From Oculina patagonica (lineage: Eukaryota), in contig NC_135760.1 in NCBI RefSeq assembly GCF_052425735.1, positions 21,204,001 through 21,268,000 on the forward strand: a stretch of 64,000 nucleotides of DNA, written 5' to 3'. The notes under the pieces were generated by a model that saw nothing but the letters and a program-made list of their open reading frames with translations, ran no database searches and was not told where the DNA came from. Within the stretch, counting starts at the first letter, position 1. Every line of letters starts with the position of its first letter. The position numbers and the translations under genes were made by a program. Below are positions 10,671 through 21,460 of the stretch, in pieces.

Positions 10671-12725
10671 ATGGGTGCTGGAGGATCAACAAAGCTCAAA
10701 ATAGTACAGCCGCCAGCTAACGCGGCGGTCATTTCCAACTCTCCAGAATCTCAAATACAAAATCCCGTTCAACCAAAGGTGCTTCAAGAACAGTGGTTGA
10801 GTCACGACAGGCCGCCTAGGGAGCACGAGAGAAATGAGACGAATTCGATTCAAGATAACACTGAATGGGCTGTGTTACACATAGATACGCTTGAAAGGTA
10901 CAAGATAAACTACCCGGAACAAGCCGACGATCTGCAAACAATGTTTGAGAATATGCAAGTGTTACGAAACACTTTCGCGAATAATTCAAGAGCACAAGAT
11001 CGGTATACGGAGCTGGTGAGCGCCAAAATTGACCACTTGATCACTACAAGCCGTAACATTGACACTTTAGACGAGACTAGCGGGACCAGAATCATGGAGT
11101 TTGTTTTGAAAATCGACGGCGCAGCGGTGTTGCAAAAGTTCGCTCAGAATTGTTTCAACGATTACTACGAGATGGATGATAAATCAGACGATGAAAGCGC
11201 AGATAATAAATCAAAAGGTTCCACTTGTTTTCATAGTCTCAAGTACGTGTTAATAACAATTCAAAACTTTGCAGACTTTCAAGACGCCTTTTGCAAGGCG
11301 AGTGCTAAAGCGGGAGTTGTTCCCATGTGTCTAGAAAATATCATACGACTCGATAAGGAAAATGACAACTGGCAAAATGGAGATGAAGGATCAGAGCTAC
11401 CTCAACTAATCAAGTCATGTCTCGGAATTTTGCACAACATTTCACGGAGGTTGAGAGATCGTGAGTTGTTCCCAAACAGCGACGAGACTTTGCTCTATTT
11501 TGCCAAAGTTGAGATGACAGGAATTGCTACCAAGGCCTTGCTAAGCTTAGGGTACCTAGTAAATGAAGAAACCAATCATTTAATTTCAGCGGATGAATCC
11601 TGGCTTGGCTTTATCGTAACAATATTAAACAAAGCATGTCAGTCTGAAGACCGAAGATGTGACGGATTTTCCGCGAAAGAGCTTGCAGAAGGACTCAGCC
11701 ACCTTGCCATCAACGACAACAACAAGAAGACCCTGGGCAACAATGGAGCCGTACGCGTGCTAACGTCAATTCTGAAGACTTCTAACGACGAAGAGGAACG
11801 CGCGAGTGCTGCAAGGGCTCTGTGGATGTTGGCGTTTGACGACTCCAACAAAGATGTCATTAGGCAAGAGGAAGGGGCGTTGGATACATTACGCGAGTTA
11901 CACCACAGTGGAAACCCGGTGGTGCAAAAGGCAGCCGCTGGTGCATTGTGGGAGATTGAAGGAAAGACAGCAAGAAACAATGCCGAGAAGACAAAAGAGG
12001 CAACTGGAAATCACGTGATGATCAGCTACCAATGGGATTCCCAAGAAATCTTAGTGGAAGTCAAGAACAAGCTTCAGGCCAATGGATATCGAGTGTGGAT
12101 GGATCTGGAGCAGATGGGTGGGTCCACACTTGAAGCGATGGCCAAGGCTGTCGAAGACTCCGCTGTTGTACTGGTCTGCGTGTCACAGCGCTACAAAGAA
12201 AGCCCCAACTGTCGATCAGAAGCCGAATACGCCTATCAACTGAGAAAAGACATCATTCCTTTGATGATGCAAAGCAATTACAAGGCAGACGGCTGGTTAG
12301 GAATGCTGGTGGGGACAAAACTATGGATTGGCTTTCAGAGTAAACATGTTGTTCATTCTGCTGTAGGAAAACTTATTAAGGAGTTAGATGGAAGAGGAAA
12401 AGATTGCGATGCGACGGATGGGCCACCAGAGGCAAACATTCGACCAAGTGAGGCCAGTGTTCTAGGAGCACCACGCCCAGCCACGGATGTCTCTGGCTGG
12501 ACAAATCAAGATGTGAAGAAATGGCTCACAGAAATTGGATTGGGGAAAATATGCAAAACGAAAAACATTTCGGAATTAAATGGGCAAATATTGATCGATC
12601 TTCAGAAGCTCCGCGGAGAATGCCCGGAATACTTTTACAAGGGTCTAGAACAAACTCTGAACCTGAAAAACATGTTTCATTTGCTCAAGCTCACAAATGA
12701 GCTAGAAAAACTTCTAGGACATTGA
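10671..12725 (+). CDS. Intronless ARM-repeat / TIR / SAM protein, paralogue 2 (684 aa, predicted N-myristoylated)
   Basis: Uninterrupted ORF starting MGAGGSTK. ARM repeats, a TIR domain at about 12010-12390 with the putative catalytic Glu in CRSEAEYA (codon 12219-12221), and a SAM-like domain at about 12490-12720. Confidence 0.93.
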   Translation: MGAGGSTKLKIVQPPANAAVISNSPESQIQNPVQPKVLQEQWLSHDRPPREHERNETNSIQDNTEWAVLHIDTLERYKINYPEQADDLQTMFENMQVLRNTFANNSRAQDRYTELVSAKIDHLITTSRNIDTLDETSGTRIMEFVLKIDGAAVLQKFAQNCFNDYYEMDDKSDDESADNKSKGSTCFHSLKYVLITIQNFADFQDAFCKASAKAGVVPMCLENIIRLDKENDNWQNGDEGSELPQLIKSCLGILHNISRRLRDRELFPNSDETLLYFAKVEMTGIATKALLSLGYLVNEETNHLISADESWLGFIVTILNKACQSEDRRCDGFSAKELAEGLSHLAINDNNKKTLGNNGAVRVLTSILKTSNDEEERASAARALWMLAFDDSNKDVIRQEEGALDTLRELHHSGNPVVQKAAAGALWEIEGKTARNNAEKTKEATGNHVMISYQWDSQEILVEVKNKLQANGYRVWMDLEQMGGSTLEAMAKAVEDSAVVLVCVSQRYKESPNCRSEAEYAYQLRKDIIPLMMQSNYKADGWLGMLVGTKLWIGFQSKHVVHSAVGKLIKELDGRGKDCDATDGPPEANIRPSEASVLGAPRPATDVSGWTNQDVKKWLTEIGLGKICKTKNISELNGQILIDLQKLRGECPEYFYKGLEQTLNLKNMFHLLKLTNELEKLLGH

Positions 12726-13712
12726 GATAACATGAAGATGCACCAGTTTTGCAAAACTGATACATGGCCAGCATTGCTTCTTATTCGTCTTATTTAGTCA
12801 ATGTTATTTTAGTAATAATATGATTATTATTATGGCAGTTGTGATTGCCATAGCCTCCATTTCGCGGTAAAGATTGCCTGTTGCATCATCGTCCAAAAAC
12901 CGCAGACTACATCGTGAATTAATCGCGTTGCAAGTTGTGAGAGCATCGCTCTACCCCCCCCCCCCTCCCCCCCCTCCCCCGATACTTGTATTCCTTCTAG
13001 TCTAGTCAGAACTGCGGTTTGCTCTGATTGTGAAACATTTGAAAACTGACAGCGGAAGTAGCGTGGGATTTTGCGCTTGCTCGCAAGCTAGATTTCGCCT
13101 GGAAATGGAAAATATTCTGTTTGTTTTCCACATGCAGCAGAACTACATTTCGTATTTCGTTTACTTTAACCTGGGACGTTCTATTCGCGTGACGTTCTCC
13201 GCAAAATCCGCTCTCTGCCATTCGAGTGATCTCGGATCACTGATCCTGATCCAGATCAACTCAAAGGAACGCACCCTTAGACGTATTCAATAGAAACCAC
13301 TTTAAGAATATTATTTTTATATCTATGTTTCTATTTTACATTTACATTTGTAAGAACAGGAGCTCACCAAAAGAGCTAATATTGATTTCTTTGTTTTTAT
13401 CTATAAACGCTCGTTCATTCCCACGTATAACCTTGATTGATTATCGACTAACGTTTCCGTCCAGTTTATTAGAAAATGATTGAGGGGTTTCTTACTCGTT
13501 ATTGCACGTGTGCGGGGGCTGTTCTTGTTTAATATCGCCCAAATCCTTACAAGAAAGATCATGGGCAATATTCTCCCAGCACGGTTCCGAACTAGCGAGA
13601 GTGAAAAGTTTATTACATGGCTCTTTACCGCGCTATTACCCGCATTTTACCAGTCAGCTGGGCATAAACTCTGAGCCAATCAAAGCGCGATTTTTAACGG
13701 GTTCTAGCAATA

Positions 13713-14334
13713 CAGTTGAAGCTCTCGTAACGGACACCCTCGGGACGCAAACAAGTGTCCGTAACTGGAGCTGGCCGCTTACGAGGATGGTTCTCGTAAG
13801 CGGCCACTAGAGGTATAGGAGATAGATGGCCGCTAACGGGGGCTTGCCCAGCTAACAATAACCTGACGGACGTGGATCACGACAAAACAAGCACTGAAAT
13901 ATGGTACTGTAATTACTGTAAAATCATTGTGACGAACGGCGATGTGAAGTTGATTCATAAAAACAAGATACAGAGGTGGGTGTCCGCTTACGGGAGCTTA
14001 AAAACAAAGTCTAAAGGTGGATTTCCACTGACGTCGTAATTTTTTACGTGCGTAAAAAAATTAGAGACAATGTATGAACGGCTTGCGTACACGTTTACGC
14101 AGGCCGTTCATACATCGTCTCTAATTTTTTTCACGCACGTAAAAATTTACGCGTCAGTGGAAATCCACCATAAGTCGTAATCTCTGAAAGTGTCCGCGGC
14201 CGCTTACGGGAATGTCCTCTTACGAGAATGTAAAAATACAGAGTTTGTATGGGAGTTAAAACGGGGTTTCAAACAAAGCGGCCGTAAGTAGAGCTGTCCG
14301 CATACGAGAGTGTCCGTTAAGAGAGCTTAGACTG
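13713..14334. mobile_element. TA-flanked mariner/pogo-type MITE (CAGTTGAAGCTCTC...GAGAGCTTAGACTG)
   Basis: TIRs with a TA duplication. The empty site is visible in the paralogous block at about 27661-27675. Another copy lies at about 53730-54402. Confidence 0.85.
14015..14170. mobile_element. Nested palindromic PIF/Harbinger (Tourist-like) MITE
   Basis: GGTGGATTTCCACTGACG / CGTCAGTGGAAATCCACC with a TAA duplication. The host-element copy near 54095 has the empty site. Confidence 0.8.
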
Positions 14335-14578
14335 TATAACAATGATTCTTGTTGACCAATTAAGTAATAGAAAAATTAATCTTAATAAAGTTCTATAAAT
14401 TTCTGTTAATTGCGTTGTTGCTTGACAAACTAAATCAGTCAGGTCACTGGCAAAAACACTTGCGGGTTCTTGGAACGAGTTGGCAAGCATTTGCATGTGG
14501 AAACCATTTTGATTGACAAAAGTGTCTGAAGAAACTAACAGTCTGAAAAAAAAATTGAAGCGGCGATGAGTTGGGGTG

Positions 14579-17500
14579 CTACGTGAATGGGTTGGCCTCG
14601 TCTGGCACGCCTTCCTCCATAATGGACTCAATTAGTGACTTGCCGTTAATTATCTTCGTCGTAGCCACTAGATAGTCTGTGGGACCTGGGACAGAACAAA
14701 ATAAAGGAGTTTGAAGTTGTTTTGTGATGCAAAGATGAGTCAACATAACATTTACTACAATCAATTTTGAAAACAAGAAAAAACAGTTCACCCTCGATTT
14801 TTTAAAATATATATATATTTTAAAAGAAACTGTGCATAAAGAAAACGAACAACTTTAGAAATAGTTTAATAAAAAACTTTAGCAGCGGCATAATCAAACA
14901 GTTACCGAATGGAAAAAAGTCACTCTCCACAAATTTTAAAAAAAGGTAAAGTCTGGAACAGTGGATACGAGCCTAGTAGCCCATCAGAGCGGGGCTTATC
15001 CCGGTTTCCGTGGAATAAAGCGACCAGGACTATTTCTACTCCCCCACCCCCCCCCCCCACCCCTGGATGGGATGCAAGTCCATCATGGGGTTACCCTCAG
15101 CATTATTTTGCCAGTACCCATTCATACACCTGTGTGGAGAGAGGCACTATGAGAGTGAAGTGCCTTGCCCAAGAACATAACGTAGTGCCCCGGCCGGGGC
15201 TCGAACTCGGACCGTTAAACCGGAGTCCAGCGCGCTAACCATAAGGCCACCGTGCATCCCATATAAGAAAATTGTGCCAGAGCAGTAATTTGCTATCGAA
15301 AATACTAAGGATTTAGATGCAAACAAAGAAACCATGATTTAAATACTCACTATTTTCCTGTTGAGCAAGAAATCTTAGTGCGGATATTTCGGCGTGTGTA
15401 CAGCCACCAATGAAATAAACTAGCGTTACTTTTGGTGGACCATCCACGGAACTCTCCCCACCGGTCGACGGTCCTAAGTGGATTATTAAAAATAATAGAT
15501 GAAATGTTTGCTTCACAAGGCACTACGTTCCAGTATGACTTTCATTCTGTTACGACGCATAAATTTTTATTTTACGTTATTACAACCACAACACAGAAAC
15601 TTCACTGGACGCTTGTATGCTATCATTGTCTATTGCCAACCCGTGAATTAAATTGGCTAAGTCGGCTTTGGTTGCCACAGACATCAATTTTTCGTCAAAA
15701 CGTTCCTGACTCTTCCCTAAAAAGTAAAATTCCCCTGACCAAATAAATAGAAATTGTCGTAGAGGCCTCCAGCCTCTGCTTCCAAAAAAGACCCCGCTTA
15801 TCAGAGAGTAGATTAAAGAAGAAAACGGTTACGATTATAAACTCAATCAGTCTTACTTTTCTGAAGACCAGGAGGCAGTCGCTGGATTTCTTCAACTGCA
15901 GGACCCGGGAGCAACCGAAGAACCTGAAGAAAAATAACAAAACTTGAACTTCTATTTTGTTCACCATCATCATCATTAGTTCTGAAAATCCAGTGATTCA
16001 TTAGTGGTATTGTAAACTGTCAGCTTAGCAGTGTATTGAAGCATAACACAAAGTAAAACTATGAGTTAGAACAGTGTGTAAAATCACTGCTTCATAAACT
16101 CGCGCGACGCGTGCTAACCAATCAGGACGAAGATGCTGACTTCTTAGCCAAACAGGTACAAAACCAAAACCAATCACGAAACGACTCAAGTAACTTTCCC
16201 GCCATTTTCCACCATTACATGTTTCCCTCGCTTGCCTCAAGTCACAAATTTTCCCGCGCCTACCACCGGTTACATATTTTTCCCGCGCTTTCCACAAATT
16301 AACCCGCGCTTACTATCGGTTAATTTTTTCCCGCCCTTGTAGCCCATTACATGTTTTTGAATCGAGTCCTGACTGGCTTATGCTCTTCAACGATCCATTT
16401 GATCACGTGATTATCGGGTTGTTACCTCTTCTAGTCCTCTCCAGCCCTGGGGCCGAGCCAAAAACTGAGCCAGTCGTACAGTCAGCGGTGCGTATCCTGA
16501 AAACACGTAAGCGATGTCATTTGGATTCTGCAAAGTTAGAACAAATAATACGATAAGTGCACTTCACGTAATCCAACCTTAACTAATATAATTTTTGGTG
16601 TCGTAACTGTCAAATTCTGTTCTTGACGAATTTGTAAAAATAATTTGCCTTTAAATAAAGAAAATTTAATTTGTACATGGTTTTTATACAAATGACAGCA
16701 CATGTAAATATTTATATTCGAAGACTGGTGGCATACTTCAACGAACCACAAGGTGATTTCTTAAATTCGAAGAGAGTCTTTACATTATAAGGACGGGGAT
16801 CATATATTTCTCTTAGTCAGGAGCCAAATACGGCTCTTGTCTGATTAGACAAAGAGCAGTCTCTTTCTTTTTTCCAAATTTGCACAGAAGAAAAACGAAA
16901 TTAGAGAGCAGCTCTATTTTCTGAAGGGGAAGATACGACAACAAAAACTGTCCTAGCTATCGCGCGAATTTGAGTTCTTCTTGAGTTTAAAGCCGTTATT
17001 ATAATATTTCAGTTAATCAGTCTATGAACAGTTGGTCATACAGGAAAATTCCGGTTATAAGCCCCCCCGCTTATAAGCCCCCCCGGTTATAGGCCCATCT
17101 ACCTGGAGACAGAAAATACATCCGATTATAACCCCCCCCCCCCGGATATAAGCCCCCCTCGGCCGGATGACAGTACTGAACAGGGTTAAATGTTGCTTTA
17201 TTATGCGTTTTTAACTTCAAAACATATTTCGATCAACACTCCTGTGGCTCGTTTCGAAACGTTTTTTTATTCCGCTTATAAGCCCCCCAGAATATAAAAA
17301 ACCCCTTACGAAGTTGTATAAGCCCAGGGCTTGTAACCGGAATTTTACGGTAGCCCCTTTAAAATCTAGCTGAGTATGTCAGCACAAGCAACAAATCACC
17401 GCTCACCTGTTCCTGGACGTCTTCAACAACAAGCTTCAGTGACTTGCGCAGTACATTGTAAGATCGAGACGTCTGCGTTCTCAACAGGCCAGCGGACTCC

Positions 17501-18612
17501 AGCGGAGAAAGCGTCCTGTACGCATGCTCAAAACCATACGTCTAGAAGAACATGGAAAACTTCTTTAGTCTCTTTGTTTGGGTTGGGAAAATGGAAAAGG
17601 GAAAAGGGGAATTCTCCGAAAGAAAAAAAAATTCAAAAAAGAAGAGTCGGTTATGATAGTTTTGTATCAGCATAGTACAGGAATAGAACAATTTTTCCCA
17701 ATTTGTTTTGTTGAACAATTTGACTAAGCAAGGCATACACAATGTTACTCAGCAACATCGCTTTAGAATGAGGGTTGAGAAAGGACGTCGTTGTTTCACA
17801 AACAGAAACACTCGACACAACAAAACAATGGACGACACAAACCTGTAGAATTTCACGACAGTAGAACTCCAGCATTTTAGGTTTGAAGCCGTTATTCGTC
17901 AAACATTGAGCACACAATAAACGAAGGACCTTGTGAAAAGTGAAAGAAAATAAAGAAAATTTGCAGCAGATAAGAAGCGTACGCGACAGGTGAGAGAAGG
18001 GACGAGAAAATGGGGGGGGGGGGGGGACAAGCGCGGAGCGCGCGAAAAGGGAACGAAATGCGATCCCACGTGACGTTTCATTTTACGCTTTACTTTTTTC
18101 TTCCCCAAACCTGCTTTGAAGGGTACGAGAGTGGTCACGAACTTGGTCCATCAGTGCTAAACTTATCGAAATGTGAATGTGTAGACAGGCCTGCAGGAAC
18201 ACTTATTTAAGACCTTGTGTATTACTTAGAGACTCATACACCCCATTGTTGTGTTTCCTTTTGTTCTCTTGGAAAATATGACGTCGGCAGTCGAGTGACT
18301 TCAGTATCAACTTTAAGATGGTGCCGGAAGGTGAATTTACCGTCTTAGCCAATTTGTAAAGCTGCTTTTTCGGAACTCCAAATGACGGAGGGCTAACGTG
18401 AGCTTTTCCAATTTGCCACGGTGGCCACTCTACCTCTATCAACTTCAAGTTCAAACTAGTTTTTTTTTTCAGTTGCTGTTTTATTAAGAGTTGTGTACAG
18501 GTAAACATAACCGCCAAGTTCTCTTTGCCTACCGTTATAAGCGGTTTCTTTATTCCAAAGCATTTCTCTATGTAGGGGTTGATTTTGTCCGTGTCAAGAC
18601 CTTGCGCCAGTT
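14579..18612 (-). CDS. VPS33A: VPS33A 3' half, copy B (7 exons: 18533-18612, 17843-17929, 17407-17541, 16426-16527, 15857-15923, 15351-15473, 14579-14685); no 5' exons adjacent
   Basis: All exons have AG/GT ends and compatible phases. They encode [10 protein letters not shown]...[21 protein letters not shown]...[22 protein letters not shown]...[17 protein letters not shown]...PFT*, the Sec1/Munc18-family VPS33A C-terminus. Confidence 0.85.
14960..15262 (-). mobile_element. tRNA-derived SINE in the last VPS33A intron
   Basis: Same family as 6990-7285. The same insertion is present at the matching site of the paralogous block (28275-28560), so it predates the duplication. Confidence 0.8.
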
Positions 18613-19573
18613 CTGAGAAGAAAATAGAAAAGGAGGATAATAATAGGGATATATTCATAAACAGAATCAAATACCTTGGTATTTCTACATTTTTTGAAAA
18701 GATGTGCCAGTAAAGTTTAGAGCCACCTTATATTTTTATTTAGGGGGAATTATACCCGAAGGTCGTTTTTTCATAGCTTAACAGGAGTTTAACGTAAATG
18801 TCTCGTTCGCGTTTCAAGGAATCCAAAAACGCCCTCATTATCTCATATATCTACGTTTAACCCCTTGGCGCCGGGATTTTCTTTGAAAAAAGCACATTTT
18901 TTGGACATTTTTGACATTTTCTGGTCAGATATGAACTAAATCTGCTTCAAACTACTGGAATCAGCAATTGGAACATGAAGGCATACCTTTCTTCTACTAG
19001 CATCACATTTTATGACATTACTGTTCGGGCATGCTAAAAAAAAATGGTTTAAAATTGGTAGACGGACACCAGACAGTCCCCTGACAACCTGGAGTGCTCT
19101 TGGGTGGGGTCAACTGTCTGGCGGTGTTTCAATTTTTTTTTCTTTTTTCAATCCCTTCTTTAAACCTCTTAAAATTTAGGTATAATGCCCCCTTAACGTA
19201 ATGTGACTCTCAAGCCACTCGAACACTGGTGTACCACAAACATAGCTCTAGCCATAGTTATTAGAGGGAAATGGTTATGAGACTTATGACGCTCGGCAAA
19301 CTTGAAAGAAGCAAACAAAGATCCTAAAATTTAAGTTGGAAGGTCCACGACCGTGCACAATCTTTTGCTTTCACTCACACACTTTGGTTGAATTGCGTGA
19401 CCGTCACGTTTTTATTGGTTAGTTGCTCGGACACATCTCATAATCTATCGTGTTTTGTGCACGGCCGAGGCCAGAAAAGCAAACAAAAAAACATCAAACA
19501 GAGAATATTGCCAGGTTTCATAACCATTTAACGTTATTAACTATGTCAGTTTTAGTCATATAGGAGACTAGCT

Positions 19574-20171
19574 TGGGAGCTACGGTTTCCAAAGAGGGCG
19601 GAGGCACTGAAGACATCCACAACAGAGTAGTCAAAGCGAGAGGGGTATTCTTGAAATTGAAAAAGATCTGGAGTAGCAATAGCATCGGTCGACGAACCAA
19701 AGTCAGACTATATAAGACACTGGTAAAGCCAGTCTTGATGTATGGCTGCGAGACGTGGAAGATGAATAAAAGTGATGAGAACAAAATCGACGTCTTCCAA
19801 AGCAGATGTCTTAGACGGATATTTAAAATACGCTGGCAGGAAAGAATTACAAACAATGAAGTCCTGAAGATGGCTGAGATGGAAAACCTCAGTTGGGGCG
19901 TGCGAAAGAGAAGATGGAAATTCATCAGCCACATAATGAGGAAAGAACCAAATAACGACTGCAGAACTGCATTAACCTGGACCCCAGAAGGGCGGCGAAA
20001 ACAGGGCAGACCAAAGACAACATGGAGGAAAACAGCAGGGAGAGAAAGGGATAAAGCTGGATGGAAGAACTGGAGCGAGGTACAAATTGCAGCGGCTGAC
20101 AGAGATGGTTGGCGGAATTGTGGTGAGGCCTTATGCGCCACATGGCACGAAGAAGATAGGTAACAGGTAAC
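19574..20171 (+). mobile_element. 5'-truncated RTE-like LINE (reverse transcriptase C-terminus)
   Basis: ORF ...KPVLMYGCETW...FQSRCLRRI...WTPEGRRKQGRPKTTW with a (TAACAGG) tail. 12-bp TSD AGGAGACTAGCT at 19562-19573 and 20172-20183. Confidence 0.9.
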
Positions 20172-21460
20172 AGGAGACTAGCTCTATTCGAATCTGCCTT
20201 ACTCTGTTTCTGTAATACTACAATCTTGGACAGTTGTAATGAAAAATAAAGACCACCCTCCTCCATTTCAATGTAGGGGGAAAATGGCGCGTTTTTGGTT
20301 TTAGCGAGAATTCTTCATTAATTCGTGCAAGGGAGGGAGCATTTCTCTTTTTCCGTCGAAGACTGTAGCCTAGTGTTTTAAATTGTTTTATTGGTGATAA
20401 CAAAAAGCGGAGCAGCCAGGAAAGGAATTGGGAGGAAGGTTTGCATTACAACAGTCGATAATACAATCTTTACTGGCATCAGTGTTCACATTTTGTCTCA
20501 TTAGCATACGACTTTTGCGTAGAGAAGGTACACTGCTATATACCAATTTACTTGAAAAGTTTAAAGAGCTTGTGAAACTCAGTAATCGGGGACAGAATAT
20601 TTTAGCTCGTTACGGGTAATATTGACTTTCAAAAACTGCAACATTACTGCATGACAAAAGCGCTAATGAACCCATTCATTCTTTGTAAAACTTTAAGTTG
20701 TTAAACCTGGGGCACACAAAGCCATTTAATACATTGGGCGACAGTTATCTGATTATTTTTGTAGCTCGATCAGAGAATAAAGCACTTATGCTAATGAGAC
20801 AATTATTGTAAACAAAGATTCGTCTGTATGCATTTGAAAGGAAGCCACGAACCATAAGCAATCACAGAAGGGCGTTGGTTTGCTTTTGTCTACAAAAAGG
20901 AATATGCATTTTGAATTACGAAGTAGGATTATGCGAATTACAAGACAGAACAACCCGGCCAAGAAAGAGATCTACGTACCACACTTCAAGGCTTACAAAC
21001 AACGTAAGATGGTAATTGAATTAGGTATTGTTTGTGACACGTTCCAAACAATGATTGCGTGATGAGCTAAAAGAACGTTTGCGTGACTGTCCACTCCCAG
21101 CGATAGCACAGAGCATATTACAATTTACTTTGGCGTCAGTTGGTCGCCGCCCGCAGATCTACATACTAATTGATTGCCTTCGCCTGGAAACGGGAAATAT
21201 TCTGTTTGCTTTCCACCAGTGCGGCCGACGGAAAAACTACAATCTCAACTACACTTCGTTTCGTATTTCAGTTAATTATTAACCCGGGATGTTGTGTTCG
21301 CGTGACGTTCCCCAGTAAATGGGTTGCCGACTGAAATCAAGGCGAGTAAATGTCTTCGATAATAACCCAACCCAGTTCCGCATCATAGCAACTGCCACCG
21401 TGTTCTAGAAAATTCATGTCGCTCGTGTAGCCAAACAGTAATCTAGCAAGTGCCATCAAA

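Noticed and set aside
10671-12725. Calling the ARM-TIR-SAM genes SARM1, or a horizontally acquired bacterial Thoeris-type system
   Set aside because: The domain order differs from SARM1 and orthology is not shown. Lack of introns alone does not indicate transfer, and the flanks are eukaryotic. A phylogeny would be needed.
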